Source: a bacterium (GTDB lineage Bacteria; Patescibacteriota; Minisyncoccia; Moranbacterales; UBA1568). Taken from it: a stretch of DNA of 64,000 bases. Below, piece by piece: positions 21,872 to 30,872 of this stretch. Position 1 is the first letter of the stretch. Each line of letters opens with the position of its first letter. The notes below the pieces were generated by a model that was not told the origin of the DNA, searched no databases, and saw nothing but the letters and a program-made list of their open reading frames with translations. The DNA lies in the NCBI GenBank assembly GCA_021821305.1, contig JAKACP010000001.1:4934-68933 (forward strand). The letters are read 5' to 3'. The position numbers and the translations under genes are program-made.

Positions 21872-22006
21872 AAGGGGAAAGATGAGGGATATGCGACGGA
21901 GGATGCGGAAGAGCGGCCTTTCGGCATGCTCCGCATATGGCATGACTTGCCAACTCCGCGAATGCATGGTACATTCTTTCAGGTAATATTTCAACCGCTA
22001 CGAACT

Positions 22007-22186
22007 ATGAGCCGAGTGTGCCAGGTCACCGGTCGCGGAACCAAAACAGGGAATTCCCGAAGCCATTCCAATATCGCCACGAGGCGGAAATTCGCCATCA
22101 ATCTTCAGACGAAGAAGATAGACGGCGTGCGCGTCCGGCTGTCCACGAGGGCCATCCGTACCCTCGCCAAGAACGCCGCCAAGTAG
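22007..22186 (+). CDS. rpmB: 50S ribosomal protein L28.
   Basis: MSRVCQVTGRGTKTGNSRSHSNIATRRKFAINLQ, the L28 signature; 59 aa. Confidence 0.8.
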   Translation: MSRVCQVTGRGTKTGNSRSHSNIATRRKFAINLQTKKIDGVRVRLSTRAIRTLAKNAAK

Positions 22187-22206
22187 GTAGCGATCCAGGA
22201 AATCAG

Positions 22207-22235
22207 AAAACTCCCTTTACGGGAGTTTTTTTGTT
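22207..22235 (+). terminator. Rho-independent terminator of rpmB.
   Basis: aaaactccc-tttac-gggagttttttt. Confidence 0.6.
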
Positions 22236-22279
22236 TGTACTTTCAGTTGGCTTCCTCATCCTTCCTTCGTTTCTCTCAG

Positions 22280-22350
22280 TCGGGCTGCCGGGAATCGAAC
22301 CCGGCCTACGTGCACCCCATGCACGCGTACTGCCGATATACTACAGCCCG
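22280..22350 (-). tRNA. tRNA-Pro, anticodon GGG.
   Basis: Hand-folded cloverleaf. Acceptor CGGGCTG/CAGCCCG, U8, D-arm, anticodon stem CGTGC/GCACG with loop ATGGGGT, T-arm CCGGG-TTCGATT-CCCGG, discriminator A. 71 nt, no encoded CCA. Confidence 0.75.
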
Positions 22351-22430
22351 TCTCGCGCGACATCATCCTTGGTACCATGGAACAGGCAAAAAGAAAAGGA
22401 GGCGGTCATTCGACAGCCTCCATTCATGCC

Positions 22431-23031
22431 TCAAGGGCGGGGATACAACATGATCCGCTTTCCTTCGAGGATGGGGATATGTGTCCCCTCGAAACAGGTC
22501 TTCACCCATCCGCGGAGTTTTCCCTCCAGACGGTGCAGGCGGATCAACTGTTCCTGACGATTCTTCTTCTCCCACAGGTGGTACCATCGTTCGGTACCGT
22601 ATTCGACTCCTGCGAGATTCTGCAACAGATTGTTGTAGTCCGTGATGTGTTGCCCGAGAAGAGCGTTGGCTTCTCCTCTCGCCACCTTGTCACCGAAAGC
22701 GTCTCCTTGCATGTCAGCCCCTCCAGGAAGAATGATGCTTTTTGAACTTTTTCATGGCGTGACCACCCACCTTGCCGGAATTGTTTTGTCGATGCATGTT
22801 GTGATTCTCGACGAATTCCAGCGGAAAGGTATCCACGCCCCGCAGACAGCTTCCACTCTGGAATATCGCATGCGCGCACATGCGCCCCAATTCCACGAAT
22901 GCACAACTCGGTTTGAAAGAACAACCTGGCTCTTTTTTTGCCATTATTTCACCTCTTTCTGTAAAACGACACGGAAGCCCTGAGAAAACAAGGCGGAAAT
23001 GTGCGGAAACTTTCCGGCAACATTTCCACAA
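22431..23031 (-). pseudogene. Two abutting ORFs, 22714..23031 and 22431..22712, in different frames inside a lower-GC segment. Possible frameshifted remnant of a foreign gene; family not recognised.
   Basis: The ORFs are separated by one nucleotide and a frame change. Composition differs from the surrounding DNA, and the segment lies next to a tRNA gene. Confidence 0.25.
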
Positions 23032-23069
23032 TTATACCGCAATTTCCCCATAAAGTCAATCGTACCATA

Positions 23070-23099
23070 GAAAAATCCGCTTTCGGAAGCGGATTTTTC
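23070..23099 (-). terminator. Bidirectional Rho-independent terminator downstream of ndk.
   Basis: aaaaatccgctt-tcgg-aagcggattttt, flanked by an A-run and a T-run. Confidence 0.6.
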
Positions 23100-23124
23100 G
23101 CAAGTATCGGAAGAGGGGCGCGGA

Positions 23125-23733
23125 CTATTCCAGGATACCGTCGAGGTTCACATCGTAGAGTATCTGCTCGCCGACGAGACGATATCCGATGAGCTCTTTT
23201 TCCGAGAACCAGATCTTCATCTCGCGCTCGGCTTCCTCGGGGCTGTCGGAACAGTGGACGAGGTTGCGCACGGCGCGACCGTCGATCGAGGAGAGCGCGT
23301 ACGAGTCCACGGTGAGATCGCCACGGATGGTTCCGACATCGGAGGTCGTCGGTTCCGTCCCGCCGACGAGCTTCTTCACGATCGCGACGGACTGGTTGCC
23401 TTCGACCACCATCGCGAGCACCGGGCCCGAGGTGAAGAAGTTCACGTTCGCGCGGATGATGTCCTTGCCGTATTCGATCGGCTCCTTGTCGACCGGGAGC
23501 CCCTGCTCCTTCCGATCGTTCGTGATGCGGTTCCCCTTCGAAAGGAACCATTCGTCGTCCTTGTGATAATGCTCCCAGCACTGATCCTCGGTCGGGACGA
23601 GCAGTTTCATGGCGATGAACTTGAGCCCCGTCCGTTCGACACGGCGGAGTATCTCGCCCATGAGTCCGCGCTGGACGCCGTCCGGCTTGATGATGACGAA
23701 CGATCGCTCTCGCTTCGGGCGCACCTTTTCCAT
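23125..23733 (-). CDS. ndk: Nucleoside diphosphate kinase, long form of about 203 aa.
   Basis: FVIIKPDGVQRGLMGEIL...NLVHCSD, the catalytic His motif. There is an insertion of roughly 50 aa relative to the usual ~140 aa NDK. Confidence 0.8.
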   Translation of the reverse strand: MEKVRPKRERSFVIIKPDGVQRGLMGEILRRVERTGLKFIAMKLLVPTEDQCWEHYHKDDEWFLSKGNRITNDRKEQGLPVDKEPIEYGKDIIRANVNFFTSGPVLAMVVEGNQSVAIVKKLVGGTEPTTSDVGTIRGDLTVDSYALSSIDGRAVRNLVHCSDSPEEAEREMKIWFSEKELIGYRLVGEQILYDVNLDGILE

Positions 23734-24209
23734 AGTATTCAAAACAAAAATTACCCCTCCCAAGCGCAACGTACCATGGTAGAGGGAAAAAGTCAACGAT
23801 AGACGGTTCCTCCCTGACTGCTTCCACGTCTCGGCACTTCTTTCCTCCGGCACATGATTTTCCCCTGCGAGGAAAATCACTCTTTGTCGTCGTCGCTCTC
23901 CGCCTCCGGCGGAACCATGCCCGCTTCCGACGACAAACGGCCGGAAGAAAGAAGCGCCGGTCGGGAAGCATCCGCCGCGGTGCCAAGGTATCACCAACCC
24001 GGTGTCTCCCGTTCACCGGGAACCGCACATTGTTTGAGCAAGCCCGTCTTTTCTCGGAAAACTTCCTTCGGGTGCCGTCGAGTGAGGGAAGTTTTTCGAA
24101 GGAAAAGACCGGGCGGTGAGGGTGCGGTCGGAAACGGGAGACATCGGGTAGGGTGATGTGTCGATCGAAATGAACGTTTGGTCCGAGACCAAGACACATT
24201 CCATTCCTG

Positions 24210-25061
24210 CTAGTGACCAACGAACACGCACCGATCCGTTTCGGTGAGACACCGATAGACGATATCCCCCGATTCGTCCGTACGCCGGATAGCCGCGCCC
24301 GCCTTCCTCGCCCGACCGAGCGCCTCGGGTGCCGGATGTCCGTAGGAATTCTCCCCGACGGAGACCACCGCCTCCTCAGGCCGCACGCGGGCGAGAAACG
24401 CTTCGCTCGAGGAGTACTTCGATCCGTGATGGGAGAGCTTGAGTATCTCGGACGCCGGTACGTCGGGAATGAAGGATTCCTCCCGCGGCAGGTCGCCGGC
24501 GAGCAGGAAGTCCGTCCCGCCGAACGAGAAGCGCGTCACGATGCTCGTCTCATTGGACTCACCCGCCACATGCTCCCCGTCTTCCGGGAACAGGGTCTCG
24601 AGCCGACCGCCGCCCGGGAACGAGAACGCCATTCCCCTTCGCGACGTCAGTCTTCGTGCCGGCGGATATTCTCCGATCGACTGCTGGAGATACCGATACG
24701 TCTCGGATTCCGACGCCACGGCGGTCGAGACGAAGGTCCCGACGCGATAGTTGCGGATGAGCGCCGGAAGGCCGCCGATATGGTCCGCGTCCGGGTGCGT
24801 GGCGATGACCACCTCGATCGTCCGGTCCCAGAACGGGATATGCCTCGAAACGGCCGTGAGGAGGGTCTTGCCGCTCCGGCCGCCGTCGATGAGGATCTGG
24901 TTTCTCCCCTGCCTGATGAGGATCGCGTCACCCTGACCGACATCGAGGAATATGACCTCGGTTCCCCGCTCGCTCGTCCGCGCGCCATGAAGGAACATCC
25001 CTCCGACGATGGCGGTGACGAACAACGAAAGGAAGATGGTCCGGATCAACATCGATTTCAT
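24210..25061 (-). CDS. comEC: ComEC C-terminal metallo-beta-lactamase domain, encoded as a separate ORF.
   Basis: N-terminal TM anchor, then MBL motifs (HPDADHIGG...SHHGS). Its ATG overlaps the TGA of the upstream ORF as ATGA. Confidence 0.75.
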   Translation of the reverse strand: MKSMLIRTIFLSLFVTAIVGGMFLHGARTSERGTEVIFLDVGQGDAILIRQGRNQILIDGGRSGKTLLTAVSRHIPFWDRTIEVVIATHPDADHIGGLPALIRNYRVGTFVSTAVASESETYRYLQQSIGEYPPARRLTSRRGMAFSFPGGGRLETLFPEDGEHVAGESNETSIVTRFSFGGTDFLLAGDLPREESFIPDVPASEILKLSHHGSKYSSSEAFLARVRPEEAVVSVGENSYGHPAPEALGRARKAGAAIRRTDESGDIVYRCLTETDRCVFVGH

Positions 25062-26524
25062 AGGCGCGACAGTTCGGCTTTTGCTTGGAAAACGGCACGG
25101 CGGGAATGACGGACTGCGAAGAGGCCCACGGCGAGGAGCGCGTACCAGAGGAGTGTGTGCATCCACCCGAAACCGTCCCAGACGACCGTCGCCTCTTCGA
25201 ACGAGGCGGCATACGAGGCGCCGGCGATGATGGTATGGAGGACGGCATATGCCGGAAACGCGGCGATGGTGCCGAGTGCCGGGAATATCATACCGAATGC
25301 TCCTGTGAGGAACGAGAGCAACATCGCGACCGGCACGAGCGGAAGCAAAGCCGCGTTCGCCGGAAACGTCATGAAGGAGAACATGCCGAAATTCATGAAG
25401 ATGACGGGGAGGATGAACAGTTCCGCGGCGATCGTGAGGAGCAGCGCTTCGGCGAAAAATTTCCCGTACCGGAGCGAAGAAATCATACGCTGGAACACCG
25501 GCGATAGGAAGGCGATACCGATCGTCGCGAAAAACGAGAGGATGAATCCGAGGTCGTGCCGCAGGAGGAGCGGATTCCACAGGAGCATGAGCGACGCCGC
25601 GAAGAGTATGGCCCACACCGAAGTATACCGGCGCCCGAGCCACCACGACAGCATGAGCGCCCCCGCCATACCGACGGCACGGATCGCCGACGGCGGCGCG
25701 CCGGACACGAAGACGAAGGCGAGCGTCCCCGCGAGCGCAAAGAGCACCGCTTTCTGCCGCGGGAGAAAGGCCGCTATACCGAGGAGCAGAAAATATCCCG
25801 CGATGATGGAGATATTGTATCCGGAAACGGCGACGATATGCGCGAGCCCGGCCGCGCGGAAATCATCCTTCACCTCCGCGGGCAGTCGGCCGTCGCCGCC
25901 GAGGAGGAGTCCGGTCGCGAGACTCGACTCCGGTTCCGGAAGCGAACGCGTCAGCGATTCCTCGAAACGGCCGGCGATCGCTATGAGACGGCCGGCGACG
26001 GATCCGTTTCCGGAGAGCTTCTCCCACGAACCGCTCCGACAGGTGAGACCGATGCCCTCCTTCGCGTAGTACATGCGCCACTCCTCTTCCGGAACCGACA
26101 CCGCACAGGAGAGCCGGACAGAATCGCCATAGGCGACATCTTCCGAAAGCGGCATTCTCACCGAGACGAGATCGCGCGGGCAGGGATCCGTCTCACACGA
26201 CGAAAACCGGACGACGACGTTCCGGAAGAGATCCTTCTCCTCGGGCTTCCGGACGACTTCCGCGATTCCCGTGACGTTCCCCTCGGCACGGTCCTCCGAC
26301 CAGTACCGCTCCGCATCACCCACCCACGCGAAGCCGAACGCGAACGAACCGCACAGTATGAGGAGAGCAGCTCCCCGACGATCCGGCCACGCGCCGAAAA
26401 AAGCCGCTCCGAGAGCGGCGACCAACAGAGGAATCATGGGTGAAAGGGAGGCGAGGAAGGATCCGGCGAGTATCCCGAGGACGAACGAAAGGAGCGAAAA
26501 CCGGAATATATGGGCCGGACGCAT
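25058..26524 (-). CDS. comEC: ComEC N-terminal membrane portion (DUF4131-like plus competence domain), encoded as a separate ORF.
   Basis: Polytopic membrane protein of the ComEC/Rec2 kind. It lies immediately upstream of the MBL ORF with a 4-nt overlap. Confidence 0.7.
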   Translation of the reverse strand: MRPAHIFRFSLLSFVLGILAGSFLASLSPMIPLLVAALGAAFFGAWPDRRGAALLILCGSFAFGFAWVGDAERYWSEDRAEGNVTGIAEVVRKPEEKDLFRNVVVRFSSCETDPCPRDLVSVRMPLSEDVAYGDSVRLSCAVSVPEEEWRMYYAKEGIGLTCRSGSWEKLSGNGSVAGRLIAIAGRFEESLTRSLPEPESSLATGLLLGGDGRLPAEVKDDFRAAGLAHIVAVSGYNISIIAGYFLLLGIAAFLPRQKAVLFALAGTLAFVFVSGAPPSAIRAVGMAGALMLSWWLGRRYTSVWAILFAASLMLLWNPLLLRHDLGFILSFFATIGIAFLSPVFQRMISSLRYGKFFAEALLLTIAAELFILPVIFMNFGMFSFMTFPANAALLPLVPVAMLLSFLTGAFGMIFPALGTIAAFPAYAVLHTIIAGASYAASFEEATVVWDGFGWMHTLLWYALLAVGLFAVRHSRRAVFQAKAELSRL

Positions 26525-26529
26525 ATCAC

Positions 26530-26722
26530 TCAGTAACTATCTCAAATCTCATGTCTCAAGAAAACGTCCGGATTTCGAGGGGAAAACATTGAAGAAGCGA
26601 GGAGGCCTATCGGGATAAGCCGACGAGCTTTGAGAGGTTTTCCACCGAAATCCGGACGTTTTATGAGACAAGCATGGTTTTTTCTTTATATAAGAGGCGG
26701 TGAGATTTGAGAGAGTTACTCA
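26530..26722. repeat. Nested palindromic element filling the nrdR-comEC spacer. It has 17-bp perfect inner inverted repeats (AAAACGTCCGGATTTCG / CGAAATCCGGACGTTTT) and ~22-bp outer inverted repeats (TCAGTAACTATCTCAAATCTCA / TGAGATTTGAGAGAGTTACTCA).
   Basis: Seen directly. The outer arm overlaps the nrdR stop codon and the other end abuts the comEC start. Confidence 0.6.
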
Positions 26723-27162
26723 AGGTTCTCGATCGCCTTCTTGAAACTCTTGGCACTGCCGAACGACTTGTAGACGCTCGCGAACCGGATATAGGCGACC
26801 TCGTCCGCGGCGCGCAGTTTCTCCATCACGAGATCCCCGATCTCGCGGCTGGTGATTTCCGGGACATGTCGGGCATGGAGCTCGTATTCCACCTCGCCGA
26901 GTATCCTCTCGACCTTCTCCTCCCCTCCGGGACGTTTCTCGAGCGCGCGGGCAAGTCCCTCCTCGATCTTCTTGCGGTCGTATTCCTCGCGGCGACCGTC
27001 TTTTTTCACGACGGACAGCTTGAACATTTCCGCCTCCTCATACGTGCTGAACCGGGAAGCGCATTTCTCGCACTCTCGGCGGCGACGGATCGCCCAGCCG
27101 TCCTTCGTCTCGCGCGAATCGACGACCTTGGTCTCATCATGACTGCAGTACGGGCATTTCAT
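26716..27162 (-). CDS. nrdR: Transcriptional repressor NrdR.
   Basis: MKCPYCSHDETKVVDSRE...CEKC zinc ribbon plus an ATP-cone. Confidence 0.85.
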   Translation of the reverse strand: MKCPYCSHDETKVVDSRETKDGWAIRRRRECEKCASRFSTYEEAEMFKLSVVKKDGRREEYDRKKIEEGLARALEKRPGGEEKVERILGEVEYELHARHVPEITSREIGDLVMEKLRAADEVAYIRFASVYKSFGSAKSFKKAIENLE

Positions 27163-27259
27163 AGGAAGCGAATAATATGTCCACTGTAACAAACCCCCGG
27201 AAAAAGGGAAAGAGGGCTCACGCCCTCTTCTCATCGTCGGAAAAATTCCACGGACGGTT

Positions 27260-28504
27260 TTATTTCTTCATCTTGCGACGGATGAAGGCCGGGATCTCGA
27301 GATCATCCGATTCCTCCACGAGCTCCTTCGATTCGGTGCGGAGCGGGACGGCACGCGGCTGGATCTTCTCGTCGATGATCATCGTCGGCTGTTCCACCAT
27401 GCGGCGGGTGCTCTCGAAGGCGGCGCGGGAGAATTCCTCCTCGTCCGGTTCGGCTTCGGTTTCCTGCGGTTCGCGCGATGCGATCGCCTTGCCGACGGTC
27501 ATGCTCCCCGCGCGGGAGACGAAGCCGGCACGGGTCTCGTTGATGCGCTCCTCGTCGAATCCGGTCGCGACCACGGTGATCTGGATCTCGCCCTTGCGGA
27601 TCTGGTCGTCGACGGAGGCGCCGAAGATGACCTTGGCGTTCGGATCGATGCTCTCGGTGACGATGTTCGCGGCCTCGTTGATCTCGAGCATGCCGAGATC
27701 GCTCGAGCCGGTGATGTTGATGAGGACGCCCTTGGCGCCGTCGATGGAAAGCTCGAGAAGCGGGCTGTTGATGGCCGCCTTGGCCGCCTCGGAGGCCCGG
27801 TTCTCGCCGGACGCGATACCGATACCCATAAGGGCGCTGCCGCTGTCCTCCATGATGGTGCGGACGTCGGCGAAGTCGACGTTGACGATGCCGGTCTTGG
27901 TGATGAGGTCGGAAATACCCTGCACGCCCTGCCGGAGCACGTCATCGACGATCCGGAACGCGCTGATGAGGGTGGTCTTCTTGTCGATGATGGAGAGGAG
28001 TTTGTCGTTCGGGACGGTGATGAGCGAGTCGACCCGGTCGCGGAGATTGGCGAGTCCTTCCTCGGCGATCGCGCGGCGCTGTGCGCCTTCGAACGAGAAC
28101 GGCCGCGTGACGACGCCGATCGTGAGCGCTCCGAGTTCCTTGGCGGTTTCCGCCACGATGGGAGCCGCACCGGTTCCCGTACCGCCGCCGAGCCCGCAGG
28201 TCACGAAGACCATGTCGGCACCCTTGAGCACTTCCTGTATCTCGTCGCGGTTCTCTTCCGCCGCCTGACGGCCGATCTCCGGATTCATGCCGGCGCCGAG
28301 ACCCTTCGTGAGATTCTTGCCGATATGTACTTTCTCGTTCGCCTTCGAGTGGTGGAGCGCCTGCGCGTCCGTGTTGATGACGACGAAGTCGACGCCTCTG
28401 ATTTTCGAATCGATCATCCGCGATACCGCGTTGCAACCGGAACCACCGACACCGACGACCAAGATCTTCGCTGACATTTCTATATCGGGCTTTATTTCCG
28501 CCAT
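27260..28504 (-). CDS. ftsZ: Cell division GTPase FtsZ.
   Basis: GGGTGTG tubulin signature, [14 protein letters not shown]. Confidence 0.95.
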   Translation of the reverse strand: MAEIKPDIEMSAKILVVGVGGSGCNAVSRMIDSKIRGVDFVVINTDAQALHHSKANEKVHIGKNLTKGLGAGMNPEIGRQAAEENRDEIQEVLKGADMVFVTCGLGGGTGTGAAPIVAETAKELGALTIGVVTRPFSFEGAQRRAIAEEGLANLRDRVDSLITVPNDKLLSIIDKKTTLISAFRIVDDVLRQGVQGISDLITKTGIVNVDFADVRTIMEDSGSALMGIGIASGENRASEAAKAAINSPLLELSIDGAKGVLINITGSSDLGMLEINEAANIVTESIDPNAKVIFGASVDDQIRKGEIQITVVATGFDEERINETRAGFVSRAGSMTVGKAIASREPQETEAEPDEEEFSRAAFESTRRMVEQPTMIIDEKIQPRAVPLRTESKELVEESDDLEIPAFIRRKMKK

Positions 28505-28646
28505 ACGAGTGGAACGCTAAAAAGGATAACGAAACAGACCGGAGAAATGTTTTTGTTTTCGATGTATCACTTTAGCACGCGGAAAAAATCCATGTCAAGG
28601 GTATCCCCTTGAACCGCTCCGGAGGAAAAGGGCTGTTCCGCGCGGT

Positions 28647-29912
28647 TTATGGAAGGAATTTCCCCATCCAGGACTGTGCCTTCTTACCCAGGGAGCCGGC
28701 CCATTCGGGCATATCCCATTTCCGGCTCTCTCCGAGGAGTCCTGACTTCCCTCCCATCCGGGACCGGTCCCGTGCCAAAAGCACGATGCCGACCGCCGAG
28801 GAAAAGTCGGGGCTGTCGACCTGGTCGACGATGCCGCCCTGCGGTTTCGGGTATCCGATATGGGACGGCAGACGGAGCACGTCCTTGGCGAGATCGACGA
28901 TGCCGGGGAGGAGCGCACCGCCGCCGGTGAGCACCGCTCCGGCCGGCAGCAATCCCTCCCGACCGACCTTCTTGAGCTCTTCGTTGACGAGGCGGAAGAT
29001 CTCCTCCGCTCTCGCTTCGATGATCTCCGCGACATGATGACGCGAGACGAATTCCGTCTCGTGCGAGTCGATCTCGGCGAGATTGATCTCTTCTTTCTTG
29101 CCGACCTCGCGGGAGAGCGCGCTCCCGTAGAGCGTCTTCACGGTTTCGGCCGTATCGACCGACGTACGCAGTCCGATGGCGATATCGTTCGTGATATGCG
29201 CGCCGCCGACCGGCAGGACCGCGACATGGACCAATTCCCCGTCCTCGAATACGATGACCGACGTCGTGCTCCCGCCGATGTCGATGAGGACGACACCCAA
29301 TTCCTTCTGTTTCGGGAGGAGCGTTCCCTCGGCGGCCGCGATCGGCTCCACCGCGTAGAAATCGGGGTTCGTACCGACCGTCTCGAAGATACGGGCCACG
29401 CCTTTCATCTGCGCGGTGCTCGTGCCGACGACGTACGATTCGACTTCGAGGCGGACGCCGCGCATCCCGACCGGATCCTTGATGTCCTTCTGGTCGTCGA
29501 GGCGATAGTTCTTGGGGATGACATGGAGCACCTCGCGGTTCGCGGGCAGCATGACCCGCGCCTCCACCTCGCCCATCGCGCGGTCCACGTCCTCCTCGGT
29601 CACTTCCCCGTCGGCCCGCCCCACCGCGATCACTCCGATGGATTTCTGACAGAATATGTCGGTTCCGGAAATGCCGACGCCGATGACATCCGGGGACACG
29701 CCGGACATGCGTTCCGCATGGGAGAGCGCCTTCTGCAGCGTCTTGGCCACCCCGTCGGCATCGACGACCGCTCCGCGGCGCATGCCTTCGGCGGGAAGCG
29801 CTATCGCGCCTAACACGCGCAGCGTCTCCTCACCGGGGACCTCCTGTGCCATGACCGCCCGGACCGAGGACGATCCGATGTCGATTCCGAGATAATTTTC
29901 CATTTTCGGCAT
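28647..29912 (-). CDS. ftsA: Cell division protein FtsA.
   Basis: Actin-like ATPase (LGIDIGSSSVRAV...DIGGSTTSV). The start is ambiguous between 29903, 29912 and 29927. Confidence 0.85.
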   Translation of the reverse strand: MPKMENYLGIDIGSSSVRAVMAQEVPGEETLRVLGAIALPAEGMRRGAVVDADGVAKTLQKALSHAERMSGVSPDVIGVGISGTDIFCQKSIGVIAVGRADGEVTEEDVDRAMGEVEARVMLPANREVLHVIPKNYRLDDQKDIKDPVGMRGVRLEVESYVVGTSTAQMKGVARIFETVGTNPDFYAVEPIAAAEGTLLPKQKELGVVLIDIGGSTTSVIVFEDGELVHVAVLPVGGAHITNDIAIGLRTSVDTAETVKTLYGSALSREVGKKEEINLAEIDSHETEFVSRHHVAEIIEARAEEIFRLVNEELKKVGREGLLPAGAVLTGGGALLPGIVDLAKDVLRLPSHIGYPKPQGGIVDQVDSPDFSSAVGIVLLARDRSRMGGKSGLLGESRKWDMPEWAGSLGKKAQSWMGKFLP

Positions 29913-30041
29913 ACCGGCAATATCCAAGGTCGTCCCCCGGAACGCTTGTTCTTATAGCCGTCATTATACCGTGGAATGGACGAAGGCGCAAAAAACCGCC
30001 CATGGGAGAGCGGTCGTTTCATCGGTGCGTCCATTTTTCCC

Positions 30042-30431
30042 TCATTTCGCGAAGAGGACTTCGGCGACATACGGGAGGAATATGGAGATACCGATGATTC
30101 CGGCGAGAAGTGACGCGATGAGTACCGCGGCGGCGGTGAGATCCTTCACCATCTTGGCGTACGGATGCAGTCCCGGCTTGAGCATGTCCACGATCCGCTC
30201 GCAGGCCGTATTGAAGAGCTCCATCGGGAGGACGACGGCGATGAGGAGGAGTATGAGCGCGCGTTCCCCCTGGGTGAGGGGCAATGCGAACGCGAGCGCG
30301 ATGGAAAGTATCGCGAGTCCGAGCTCGATCTGGAAGTTCCGTTCCCGGAGGAACGCGTGGCGCAGTCCGCGGAACGCGTGGCGCATGCTTCTGGCGAAAG
30401 CTCTCATACCGTTTTCATATTCATATATCAT
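30042..30431 (-). CDS. dgkA: Diacylglycerol kinase / undecaprenol kinase family membrane protein.
   Basis: Small three-TM protein with DgkA-like motifs (ERNFQIELGLA...PMELFNTA..E). Sits after ybeY, as in the phoH-ybeY-dgkA arrangement. Confidence 0.65.
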   Translation of the reverse strand: MIYEYENGMRAFARSMRHAFRGLRHAFLRERNFQIELGLAILSIALAFALPLTQGERALILLLIAVVLPMELFNTACERIVDMLKPGLHPYAKMVKDLTAAAVLIASLLAGIIGISIFLPYVAEVLFAK

Positions 30432-30871
30432 TTTCCATACGTCGCGGCTATCTCGTCTTGGAGCCGGAACATTCTCGGAGAATGGCGGAAGCCCAGGAGG
30501 TGGAATATGCCGTGCGAGAAGATGAACGCCATCTCGGTCTCGAACGAAACCCCGTCTTCCTTCGCCGCGTCCCTGATGAACGAGGGGGACAGGACGAGAT
30601 CACCGAGATCGATCCGTCCGTCGGTCGCATGGACATCCGCCTTCCTCCGAAACTCACCGAAGGAAAGGACGTCAGTCGGCCTGTTCTTCCCACGATATGT
30701 CCGATTCAATTCGCGGATCTCATCGTCGGAAACGAACGCCACGCCGACCGCGACCGTCGTATCCTCTTCCAGTATAGCAGAAAGACGGAGCGCCGCTCCC
30801 GCCACGTCCGTAAAGAACCGTTTCGGAAGTCCGCACTCCGCCTTCCTTGATATCGAAAGTTCGACTCGCAT
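30428..30871 (-). CDS. ybeY: rRNA maturation endoribonuclease YbeY.
   Basis: HGIFHLLGFRH, the H..H...H zinc motif. Confidence 0.8.
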   Translation of the reverse strand: MRVELSISRKAECGLPKRFFTDVAGAALRLSAILEEDTTVAVGVAFVSDDEIRELNRTYRGKNRPTDVLSFGEFRRKADVHATDGRIDLGDLVLSPSFIRDAAKEDGVSFETEMAFIFSHGIFHLLGFRHSPRMFRLQDEIAATYGK

Positions 30872-30872
30872 A

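Noticed and set aside
22642-22983. Plus-strand 113 aa ORF in the tRNA-Pro-adjacent lower-GC segment.
   Set aside because: No start context or domain. The minus-strand frameshifted pair accounts for the coding potential better.
24040-24140. SRP (4.5S) RNA in the comEC-ndk gap.
   Set aside because: Only a short resemblance (CCCGAAGGAAG) to the domain IV consensus. The flanking AGCAGG/GNRA features are missing.
23854-24156. 100 aa plus-strand ORF in the comEC-ndk gap, as a candidate small protein.
   Set aside because: Ser/Arg/Gly-rich composition typical of random GC-rich frames. No start context and no recognisable domain.
27499-28436. Alternative-frame ORFs (223 aa and 164 aa) inside ftsZ.
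   Set aside because: Both overlap ftsZ in other frames, with Arg/Ser/Pro-rich low-complexity translations.
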